Shown here: piece after piece, positions 18,262 through 25,746 of the stretch
Layout of the letters: each line of letters begins with the position of its first letter
Position numbering within the stretch: the stretch's first letter is position 1
From: a virus
Taxonomy: Duplodnaviria > Caudoviricetes
IMG/VR virus record: IMGVR_UViG_3300017747_001641
Coordinates: 1 to 42,976 of that record
DNA length: 42,976 bases
Strand: one strand, 5' to 3'
Notes under the pieces: generated by a model
The model's input: the letters and a program-made list of their open reading frames with translations, nothing else
What the model was told of the DNA's origin: nothing
The model's database searches: none
Position numbers and translations under genes: made by a program

Positions 18262-18915
18262 CTATCGTTTTCCGTTGTGCGGGCAGGTCATCACCGGACA
18301 CCAAGCCTTGCAAGTGAAGTTCTGCTTCGCGTTCCATACGTTTTTTTCATAAGCGGTCTCCATCCGGTTGGTCTCGGGGAGCCACTTTTTCCACAGCTCC
18401 ATCTCTTTCTCCCGCTCGTACTTGGCCTTGATGAAGTTGGTATGCACCACGAACAACAGGCCAGCCTTCACCACCTTTACCTGCGGGAACTTCTTGAACA
18501 CAGCCAGCGACAGTATCTCCAGCTGCTTGGTGTCGGCGTATTTATCTTTGCCGGTCTTGTAGTCCAGCACGCGTGCTTCCTCGCCATTGATCACCAGCAA
18601 GTCAGCGATACCCCGCCACCATACATCGTCTGCGAAGAACTCACAGGGCTCCAAGTCACGCGTCAGGCCCAACTTGTACTCGCAGTATTTCTCACCCGGT
18701 AGCGCCTTCAACTGCTCAAGACTCTCCCGCATGAATTCAAACCCCGGCGGCAGGTCCACGCCGTCCCGAATGTACTCCTCAGCAGCTTTGTGTAGCTCCA
18801 ACCCATACCGCATCTGCTCAGACTGGGGCTCGACAATGTCTTTGAGAACCCGCAAATGATGATATTTCTTAGGGCACTGCTGGAACAAAGACAAACTGCT
18901 GTAGGACCATTTCAT
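18262..18915 (-). CDS. PD-(D/E)XK nuclease, Cas4/RecB-like (probable Fe-S)
   Basis: WSYSSL..CP, G..LH, GIADLL, VLDYKTG, QL, C-terminal C..WCP...C. Confidence 0.88.
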   Translation of the reverse strand: MKWSYSSLSLFQQCPKKYHHLRVLKDIVEPQSEQMRYGLELHKAAEEYIRDGVDLPPGFEFMRESLEQLKALPGEKYCEYKLGLTRDLEPCEFFADDVWWRGIADLLVINGEEARVLDYKTGKDKYADTKQLEILSLAVFKKFPQVKVVKAGLLFVVHTNFIKAKYEREKEMELWKKWLPETNRMETAYEKNVWNAKQNFTCKAWCPVMTCPHNGKR

Positions 18916-18948
18916 AAAAGACTCTCGTAGTTGTGGGTGCCTGTGATA

Positions 18949-20769
18949 TTAGCACTCCGCAAGAGTCTGGCCAAACCCACCCTCAGCGGCAAGTGGCAGG
19001 TCCGGGGCCCATGGCGGCGGCACACACAGGTCCTTTATCAACTGTTCCTGCACAGCCTCAGCCATCAATGTGGGGGCAATCATGTAGTCTGCGTCATGGA
19101 TAGTTAAAGCCGTTCGGATGTGGGGCATTGACTTCTGCGCCCGGAGCATCCCATCCCCGATCACGCAGCGAGCCAGCGCCTGAATAGAGCCCTGAAACAC
19201 CTTGGCTCCATAGATGTGTTCCCAGCCAAACCGGGTCTTGTATTTCCACCCCCCTGCCGATGCCAGTTGCAGCTCCGGGAATTGCATAAACAACCCACAC
19301 GGCAGGAGCAGACCCTGCTGACCGTGAACTTGAATGGGCCCGAAGTCCGTATACCGGTCGTCCCGAATGGCCCGCAGCACCGCCTCGCCCCTGTCCCACG
19401 CCTGCACCACGCCATGATATTGACTACGATACAGCGCCACGATCCGCGTAGCTTCAGCCTCCCCGATGTCCGTGCGAGACCCAGTCTTAATAGCCATCCG
19501 CAGCTTGGCTGCACCGACACCGTAAATCAAACTTAGCTGGGATGTTTTACCGATGAAGCGTTGATCCTTGTTCACATCGTTATAGGGCACCCCGAACACC
19601 AGCGAGGCAAAGTCTTTGTAGAGGTCCAGCCCGTTGCGCAGCTGGTCGAGCTTGTCGAGCATTCCCCCGAACCACAGGCCAACCCGCAGCTCGATGTTGG
19701 ACAGGTCTACGCCAACCACTGAGTGCCCCGCCGGGGCCCGGATTGCCTCCTTGATGACCGATGTGCGCGGCAGATTCTGCATGTTGATGCCCCCACCCTC
19801 ACCCGACCAGCGCTTGGTCTTGGCCCCGCAATACTTCAGTGGCACCGGCAGCTTGCCCCGCTTGGCGATCTCCACCAGCCTCTCAGTGCGGGTCTCCTCG
19901 ATCGTAGACTTGACCCCCAACCGCGCCGCCACCAACGTCTGCACCCGCAGGTCGGGGTGCTCCAACAGGGCCTTGAACTCCTCGTCGGTCTTGGCAAAGG
20001 CGAAGGTTTGCTTGCCAGTTGCAGGGCTCACTTTCATTGGTGGCTCAACACCACACGCCTCCAACAGCTCTGCAAACTGCTGGTTGGACATCAGCGCCTT
20101 GCGGTCGAGCCCCACCGAGTCCAGCAGCTTCTGCTTCTTCTCACGTAGCTTGGCCAGATGGTTCTCCAGCAGGGGCAGGTCAAGCTCAAACACGGGCTCC
20201 GTGAACATCCGCAGCGTCATGTCAATGAGCTTCAACTCGGCCTTGGGGAACTCATTCGCCAGCATGGTCTGGAACAACAGGTAGCACAGATTGACGTCGT
20301 TGATGCAATACTCGGCATAGCGTGCCAGCTCGTCAGGGGTGAAGTCTGCTCGGCGCTTGCCAAGCGCGTTGACCACCTCATTGCCCTTCTTGCCCAGACC
20401 ATATCGCTCGGACAACGCAGCCAACGACACACTACCCGCGCCGCTCCCCACCGCGTTACCCATCGACATCGTATCCGCCAACACCTTGGGGTGAATACCG
20501 AATTGCCAGCTCAGTATGGCCGCGTCAAAGGCGCAGTTGTGCGCTAACAGCATCGCATTACCCCAATCAAACTGCCCCAACCACGCAGCAGTCTCCTCAT
20601 GGGTGCCACTGAACCACTGCGTTTCGTTGTCGTTGACCTTAACTGCGACCCCGATGACCTCGAATTGATCGTCCCGGATGTAGGCTTCGGTGCTTATCTT
20701 TGACAGGCTGTATGCTTTGTCATAGTAGGTCTCGAAGTCTAGCGTTATCAGATCAATACTCATAGTCAT
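18949..20769 (-). CDS. polA: Family A DNA polymerase with 3'-5' exonuclease
   Basis: ExoI LDFET, ExoII AHNCAFD, ExoIII YCINDV, NMQNLP, motif A DLSNIELR, motif B K..QLSLIYG, motif C IHD; start at 20769 or 20763. Confidence 0.93.
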   Translation of the reverse strand: MTMSIDLITLDFETYYDKAYSLSKISTEAYIRDDQFEVIGVAVKVNDNETQWFSGTHEETAAWLGQFDWGNAMLLAHNCAFDAAILSWQFGIHPKVLADTMSMGNAVGSGAGSVSLAALSERYGLGKKGNEVVNALGKRRADFTPDELARYAEYCINDVNLCYLLFQTMLANEFPKAELKLIDMTLRMFTEPVFELDLPLLENHLAKLREKKQKLLDSVGLDRKALMSNQQFAELLEACGVEPPMKVSPATGKQTFAFAKTDEEFKALLEHPDLRVQTLVAARLGVKSTIEETRTERLVEIAKRGKLPVPLKYCGAKTKRWSGEGGGINMQNLPRTSVIKEAIRAPAGHSVVGVDLSNIELRVGLWFGGMLDKLDQLRNGLDLYKDFASLVFGVPYNDVNKDQRFIGKTSQLSLIYGVGAAKLRMAIKTGSRTDIGEAEATRIVALYRSQYHGVVQAWDRGEAVLRAIRDDRYTDFGPIQVHGQQGLLLPCGLFMQFPELQLASAGGWKYKTRFGWEHIYGAKVFQGSIQALARCVIGDGMLRAQKSMPHIRTALTIHDADYMIAPTLMAEAVQEQLIKDLCVPPPWAPDLPLAAEGGFGQTLAEC

Positions 20770-21031
20770 ACCCCCCGTCCATGCTGTCCCGCATATCCTC
20801 CAACCGGCGTCTGGCGCTGGCGTTTTTGGTGACTTGCTCTCGGGTGTTTTTTGCCATTGGCGTCGCTGCTGTGGCCCGCGTCTTGCGCTTTTTTGTTGGT
20901 GCCTTAGTCCGGGCTCTGTTCACGACAATCTCCATGGTGGAGAACCGCTTGCCGCACACAACGCACTCCCGCCGCCTGTATTCCCCACGCCGATCCAACA
21001 CTTGCGTCGGCTCCCCGCAGCTGCATTTCAT
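20753..21031 (-). CDS. NrdR-like zinc-ribbon protein (no ATP-cone)
   Basis: MKCSCG..TQVLDRR..YRRRECVVCGKRFSTME matches the NrdR N-terminal ribbon pattern. Confidence 0.7.
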   Translation of the reverse strand: MKCSCGEPTQVLDRRGEYRRRECVVCGKRFSTMEIVVNRARTKAPTKKRKTRATAATPMAKNTREQVTKNASARRRLEDMRDSMDGGYDYEY

Positions 21032-21216
21032 TTCTTCTTACCCTTCACCAAGCGTACGGGCTCAATCTTTTCGACTTCCATTCGGTACAACCTAACCGTC
21101 TCTGCGACATCAGTGTGTGCAGCGTTTGTCGGCACGAACTTGCAGCCGGGGTCAATGATGTACTTCTTGCGGCTACGCAGATACACAATGGCTTCGTCTC
21201 GCTTGTCCTGTCTCAT
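21028..21216 (-). CDS. Hypothetical protein (62 aa)
   Basis: GAGGAGG RBS; ATGA overlap with the next gene. Confidence 0.65.
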   Translation of the reverse strand: MRQDKRDEAIVYLRSRKKYIIDPGCKFVPTNAAHTDVAETVRLYRMEVEKIEPVRLVKGKKK

Positions 21217-21234
21217 AGCGGTGCCTCCTCAATG

Positions 21235-21606
21235 TCATTTAGATTTGCTGTACTTACGCGCTTTACGAGCTTTGGACATTTTGGTTTTGACTTTGGGGCT
21301 GCTCCAATACTTGCTGCGCTTGGTGTATTTGCGTTTTGTTTTGAGCTCGTCGAGGGAGCCCCAGTTTTCAAGCAGTTTAAGGAGGTCTCGGTCTTCGCGC
21401 TTGGGTTCTGGAGCGTTGGTGAATGTCCACTTGATAGGCTTGTGGGGAAGGGCCAGCTGCTCGGTAGATTTTGGGGGTTCGACCTTGTAAGGTGCCTCAT
21501 TACTACGCTCCTCTTTTGCTTTATCAGACATTTTAACCAGCGTGTACAAAACCCAAACAGCAACGGCGAAAGCAACAGCGACAGCAATGATTTTAATAAT
21601 TTCCAT
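21235..21606 (-). CDS. Membrane-anchored protein with a very basic C-terminus
   Basis: ATG 21606 with GGAGA RBS; N-terminal TM segment IIAVAVAFAVAVWVLYTLV; K/R-rich tail. Confidence 0.65.
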   Translation of the reverse strand: MEIIKIIAVAVAFAVAVWVLYTLVKMSDKAKEERSNEAPYKVEPPKSTEQLALPHKPIKWTFTNAPEPKREDRDLLKLLENWGSLDELKTKRKYTKRSKYWSSPKVKTKMSKARKARKYSKSK

Positions 21607-21608
21607 GG

Positions 21609-21815
21609 TTATCTCCAAATATACTCTTTAGGGTTAGTTACTTCTGTCTTATTACCACACACATCACACTTGGCGTTAGTCCACTTCGACTTCAACCAGC
21701 GATCAATCTTGCCACCCAACTTACCAGCACATGAAATACAGATAACCTCGTACTCCAGAGGCGGCTTCACCTCACGCGCTTCTTTCTCGAAAAACGACTT
21801 CATGAACATCTTCAT
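21609..21815 (-). CDS. Small Zn-finger protein
   Basis: CISC..CDVCG, 68 aa, in the operon. Confidence 0.6.
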   Translation of the reverse strand: MKMFMKSFFEKEAREVKPPLEYEVICISCAGKLGGKIDRWLKSKWTNAKCDVCGNKTEVTNPKEYIWR

Positions 21816-21883
21816 TTTCTATTTCCTTTTTTCTTTGGGCTTTTCGCTATTCGCGAATCAAGAATATCAAATATGTCGCTCAT
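21812..21883 (-). CDS. 23-aa micro-ORF (MSDIFDILDSRIAKSPKKKGNRK)
   Basis: Not in the ORF track; starts 3 nt after the upstream stop and ends in an ATGA overlap with the next start. Confidence 0.4.
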   Translation of the reverse strand: MSDIFDILDSRIAKSPKKKGNRK

Positions 21884-21886
21884 AAC

Positions 21887-22093
21887 TCACTCTCTGTAAA
21901 ATTTGAGCACGCGTTCTATAGCATCTATCGTCGCCTTTATTTCTGCGACATCTTCTTTTTTGTTGGTGCTAAATACAGCACACCGCCTTCCGTCTTTATG
22001 CTTCTGAAGGTCTGAACGCAGCAACTCCATTACGGAAACCAGCTCTTGTTGAACAATGCTAGATGCTGTGTCGTTGTCTATTTCTATTTTCAT
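21887..22093 (-). CDS. Hypothetical protein (68 aa)
   Basis: ATG 22093 with GGAGGT RBS and ATGA overlap. Confidence 0.65.
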   Translation of the reverse strand: MKIEIDNDTASSIVQQELVSVMELLRSDLQKHKDGRRCAVFSTNKKEDVAEIKATIDAIERVLKFYRE

Positions 22094-22320
22094 TTCCACC
22101 TCCAACACTTAATCACCCCGCCCTCGACGACATACACAGTCATCTCTCCCTCGGTCTGAGGCATCGGGCATACAGACAGCGCTACCTTTTGCGCTGCTGG
22201 CTCAACTTCATTGACCCGATACCCAACAGCCGCTGCAGCCGCGCCAACAAACAATCCCGCCACTGCTACTATCGCCATGCGCTTGACCATTACTGGCCCG
22301 TCGATGAAGTAGGGTTTCAT
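22090..22320 (-). CDS. Small exported/membrane protein
   Basis: Hydrophobic segment MAIVAVAGLFVGAAAAAVG; two Cys; ATGA overlaps on both sides. Confidence 0.6.
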   Translation of the reverse strand: MKPYFIDGPVMVKRMAIVAVAGLFVGAAAAAVGYRVNEVEPAAQKVALSVCPMPQTEGEMTVYVVEGGVIKCWRWK

Positions 22321-22778
22321 GCGGCGGCCCTCCTTTTCTCAACATGATTTTGTTCGTTCTGGATACTAACTTCCAACTGTTGAATTAGGCCGACAATATT
22401 TGAGTCCAATAAATACAGCTTCCGACTCCAGCGCTCTATTGTCAACCGGATGTCCCCCAACAATTGCGCTTTCAATTGCTCGTCATCTAAAACCGCTGCT
22501 GTCATACGATAGCCACCACCTGATACTTGGTCACTTTGTAACGACACAAATGCGCGGATTGACACATCAGGAGCGGTAGTAATTTGAACGCGACACTTTT
22601 GTATAAGGCCACGCGCCTGTTCCCGGCGATACTGTCGTGCCGCTTCTGTATCGTCCCATTCAAAGTGCTTATGCAATACACAACGCTTGTCTTTCGCTGC
22701 CTCTAAAACATCGTCTACAAGCAGCAGCCCCCCGTTTTTTGCCGCCATACGCTCTAAAAATTTACGTTCTTCATTCAT
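22317..22778 (-). CDS. Accessory protein directly downstream of the RAMP-associated repeat array (153 aa)
   Basis: ATG 22778 with AAGGAG RBS, ~20 nt after the last array motif; motif VLEAAKD..LHKHFEWDD.EAA..YR..QAR.LI. Confidence 0.8.
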   Translation of the reverse strand: MNEERKFLERMAAKNGGLLLVDDVLEAAKDKRCVLHKHFEWDDTEAARQYRREQARGLIQKCRVQITTAPDVSIRAFVSLQSDQVSGGGYRMTAAVLDDEQLKAQLLGDIRLTIERWSRKLYLLDSNIVGLIQQLEVSIQNEQNHVEKRRAAA

Positions 22779-22798
22779 TATCTTCTCCTTTGTAAATG

Positions 22799-23346
22799 CC
22801 TGCCGTGAGTTACCGTACCGAGCCATACCGCGCCCTACCGCGCCCAACCACTACATGCCAAACCTGCCGTGACGTACCCAACCGGACCAGACCGAGCCGC
22901 GCCAATCCCATCCTGCCGTGACTCACCGAACCGCGCCCAGCCTAGCCTCGCTAGACCATACCTGCCGTGCCGGAACATAACTCAACAAACCAAACCACGC
23001 CCGGCCCAGCCCAACCTGCCGTGACTTACCAAACCTGACTCAGCCTTGCCCATCCGGACCTGCCATACCTTGACAAACCGTAGCTCAACAGACCAGACCG
23101 CACGTTGCCTTGCCCCACCTTACCTGCTATGCCGTGACAAACCGTAACTCGACGCACCAAGCTATACCACGCCGCGCCTGACCTGCCGTGGCGCACCTTG
23201 CCTGACCAGTTCAAGCCTCGCCTCTCCAAACCTCACCTGCCGTGACTTACCCAACCGGGCCGGACCAAGCCTCGCCACTCCGGACCCCACCTGCCGTGAC
23301 GTACCCAACCGGGCCGGATCAGACCGGGCCTCTCCGGGCCTGCCGT
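22799..23346 (-). ncRNA. Array of 10 putative guide-RNA units with GGY-NN 5-nt periodicity, delimited by ACGGCAGG
   Basis: On +, 11 boundary motifs CCTGC(C/T)(G/A)T start at 22799, 22863, 22912, 22961, 23015, 23059, 23123, 23182, 23236, 23290, 23339. Unit lengths 64,49,49,54,44,64,59,54,54,49 are all 5n+4. Interiors parse as mostly RCC plus 2 variable nt. Confidence 0.85.
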
Positions 23347-23347
23347 A

Positions 23348-24025
23348 TTACTCAATACCAAACTGCTTTTTGATGTGCTCCCTCCTTTCGTCATCTACAA
23401 TTTCAAACGTACCAAAACCCATCCCTGCAGATGCTTTGCTATCCGGACGCCCCGCACCAATACCAACCTGCGCTCCGACCCTTGAGATCAGATTAAATAT
23501 GTCTTGAGTGCTGAATTGGTCTTGGTCGTATTTGACGCGCAACTTCGCAGCCCACTTTTTATACATGGGGCGCACGCGCACATCGACAACTCCGGTAGCA
23601 TTACGCGTATGCGCTGAGTATTGATTGCTTGCTCCGTAAATACGAATCAACGGTAGTGAGTCAACCGCGTCCCACCCATCTGCCTCAATGAAGCAAGACA
23701 GCTTAGCCAGTGTCATTTTGAACCCGACCAAGCGGCACGCACTGATCATCCCCGCACGAAACGCAGCGGCGTTCATACCCTCCCAACCTTCATCAGAACG
23801 ATACCGCGCTTCCTCTGTCTCCCTCTCATAGTCTCGGGCAGTGCGAGTTTTCTTGCTACCCGCGCTTTTGCCTTCCTGCATCTTGGCCATAAGTTCGGCC
23901 TTCTTGCTGAACCGTTCGATAACCAACGGTGCTGTGCCATTGAGAACTAATTCCACCGTGGCAAAACGCGGCGGGGTGATAACAACCGTTGACTCTTTAA
24001 TATGTTTTTCTGTTACTGCGTTCAT
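23348..24025 (-). CDS. Stand-alone RAMP-superfamily (Cas7/Csm3-like) RNA-binding protein
   Basis: N-terminal strand VELVLNGTAPLVI, helix GMNAAAFRAGMISA (compare IPGSSLKGALR), C-terminal Gly-rich loop VGIGAGRP..GMGFGTF; AAGGAG RBS; no other cas genes adjacent. Confidence 0.8.
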   Translation of the reverse strand: MNAVTEKHIKESTVVITPPRFATVELVLNGTAPLVIERFSKKAELMAKMQEGKSAGSKKTRTARDYERETEEARYRSDEGWEGMNAAAFRAGMISACRLVGFKMTLAKLSCFIEADGWDAVDSLPLIRIYGASNQYSAHTRNATGVVDVRVRPMYKKWAAKLRVKYDQDQFSTQDIFNLISRVGAQVGIGAGRPDSKASAGMGFGTFEIVDDERREHIKKQFGIE

Positions 24026-24216
24026 TTTACTTCTCCTTTTAGTTTTCCAGCTTGTCGTAACTCACGGTGCAGCATCGAATACACCTGCGCTACTTCTGGA
24101 CGGAGACCGGTGCGCAGCCCCCTGTCCTGCACGAAGTGTTCACTCCACTCTGCCGTCGGTATGCCAAAGTAGGCGTATAGCTGTTGCACATATTTTGGAA
24201 TCTCTAATGCTCCCAT
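24022..24216 (-). CDS. Hypothetical protein (64 aa), translationally coupled to the RAMP gene
   Basis: AAGGAG RBS; ATGA overlap with the RAMP start. Confidence 0.65.
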   Translation of the reverse strand: MGALEIPKYVQQLYAYFGIPTAEWSEHFVQDRGLRTGLRPEVAQVYSMLHRELRQAGKLKGEVK

Positions 24217-24352
24217 ACGATTCTCCTTAAAGTTAGAAAGTGCGCGGTGCCTGAATTACCTCCATTGATGAGCTGCCCCGAGGTCTGTCATTCAAGCTGG
24301 TTACCGCAGCCGCGCCTACGGTTGGAGCCGGGGCTGGTATTTGGTTTCAAAA

Positions 24353-24637
24353 CTAATCAAAAAATTTTGCTAGTGCCTCCAGACAGTGCTCGTTCACAAC
24401 AAGAGCACTACCACCAGCGTCTATGATGCGCATTAACTCACGTTGTTGTAGTGCAGTGGGCGTGTTATCACCAGCCTTGCACTCTATGGCTACGAATTGC
24501 CCCTTCCAGCACGCCAAGATGTCAGGTATTCCAGACCGGCCATACCCAGAGGCGACAGGAAAGCAATACCACGCCCCCGCTGCCTTCAGTATCTCGACTA
24601 CTTTCTTCTTGACCTTGGACTCTGGGGTGGTGGCCAT
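24353..24637 (-). CDS. VRR-NUC domain nuclease (Holliday-junction resolvase-like)
   Basis: PESKVK..SGIPDILAC..FVAIECKA..TALQ. Confidence 0.88.
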   Translation of the reverse strand: MATTPESKVKKKVVEILKAAGAWYCFPVASGYGRSGIPDILACWKGQFVAIECKAGDNTPTALQQRELMRIIDAGGSALVVNEHCLEALAKFFD

Positions 24638-25512
24638 TACGTTGCCTTTTGTTTTTTGGGCCTACCAAGTTTGGCGTGCGCAACATTGAGCGGCTTCGTG
24701 GTCAGCGGATACGGCTCTTCTGTCGGGGAACGGAGTCGGGTAATCGGATTGCCCTTCATGAATGCCTTGATTGCGGACTGAGAGAGCAAAAAATTCGCCC
24801 TAAATAACTGATTTAAATGGACGTTGCGGTTCGCCAAAAACAAATTACGAAGTGCCACCGCCGCCGATTCACTAGCGTCTTGCATCATGCCAGTCGATAC
24901 AACTTGGCAGAACCGTGCCAGCCTTTCCTTGTCGTCTGTGTGGTACCACGCCCTAGCAACCGCCGCCAAAATGCACTGGTTACGCAAACCCTTACCGCGA
25001 GGACCATGCGAGCACACCCACTTCAAAGCGTCTTTATGTTTATCAACAATAGCCAACAAAGAAGAATTGGACATTGCCGCGCTCGTGCGGTTACCAGACT
25101 CCAGTGCTCGTGCAGCTGCAGTCATTTCGTTGGTGATGTCCATGTTCAGCCCGCTTATACGAGCGTTGTCCACTAGGTTGCGACCGCCACCCGTGTCGAT
25201 GTTGAGGCCCGCCTCTCTTGTCAGTCCATGCAGTACAAAAAACCGTTGCGGGGTATCAGACTCAATGATCGCCCACAATCGGTGCTGCCCATCTGCAATG
25301 TCACCGTTCTCGTAAAACACAATGGGCACAATGCACTCTGTCCACTTACCCGCTCGCATATCGGAAGCGTATTTTTCTACCCAACCATCCCTAAGTTTTC
25401 GGTTGCTAGTATTTCTGTTTAGCCACGTATGGGCTTTGGTTGGAGTTATGGTCTCCAAAACAGGGGGATTTAATCTATAGCTTGGAACTTTTACAGTGGT
25501 TGCTTGTTTCAT
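24637..25512 (-). CDS. ParB/Srx-like N-terminal domain protein (DGQHR motif)
   Basis: ITP..A..WL..N..NR, YASDM..G.W, IADGQHRLWAI; AAGGAG RBS. Confidence 0.75.
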   Translation of the reverse strand: MKQATTVKVPSYRLNPPVLETITPTKAHTWLNRNTSNRKLRDGWVEKYASDMRAGKWTECIVPIVFYENGDIADGQHRLWAIIESDTPQRFFVLHGLTREAGLNIDTGGGRNLVDNARISGLNMDITNEMTAAARALESGNRTSAAMSNSSLLAIVDKHKDALKWVCSHGPRGKGLRNQCILAAVARAWYHTDDKERLARFCQVVSTGMMQDASESAAVALRNLFLANRNVHLNQLFRANFLLSQSAIKAFMKGNPITRLRSPTEEPYPLTTKPLNVAHAKLGRPKKQKAT

Positions 25513-25538
25513 GACTTCTCCTTAGTTATTTAGTTAAT

Positions 25539-25739
25539 TTACGCACTTCTTCCTTCCTTGATACCCTTCTCATACAACGCGTCGAGCTTCCACATAACCT
25601 GCCGCTTCAGCCCTTTGGCACGCAGGAACATTATTCCGTCCCCGCGCACCGTAACGATCAACTCCCGCGCACCAGCATCCTGCACAGCAATCGCTAGTTC
25701 ACGGACGATCTCTTTACCACCACTTAACTTTGTTGCCAT
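25539..25739 (-). CDS. Hypothetical protein (66 aa)
   Basis: ATG 25739 with GAGG RBS. Confidence 0.6.
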   Translation of the reverse strand: MATKLSGGKEIVRELAIAVQDAGARELIVTVRGDGIMFLRAKGLKRQVMWKLDALYEKGIKEGRSA

Positions 25740-25746
25740 GTTTTCC

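Noticed and set aside
18262-18915. Cas4-like nuclease as the adaptation module of the RAMP locus
   Set aside because: It sits beside PolA in the usual replication/recombination position, ~3.4 kb away; nothing links it to the array.
23026-23229. 67-aa ORF inside the array, and the 23-codon upstream extension of the 22317 ORF to 22847
   Set aside because: No RBS; the G/R/V-rich translation is a by-product of the GGY-NN period; the real start is 22778.
22799-23346. Canonical CRISPR array
   Set aside because: Constant part is only ~8 nt, the 'spacers' are themselves 5-nt periodic, and no cas1/cas2/cas6 is present.
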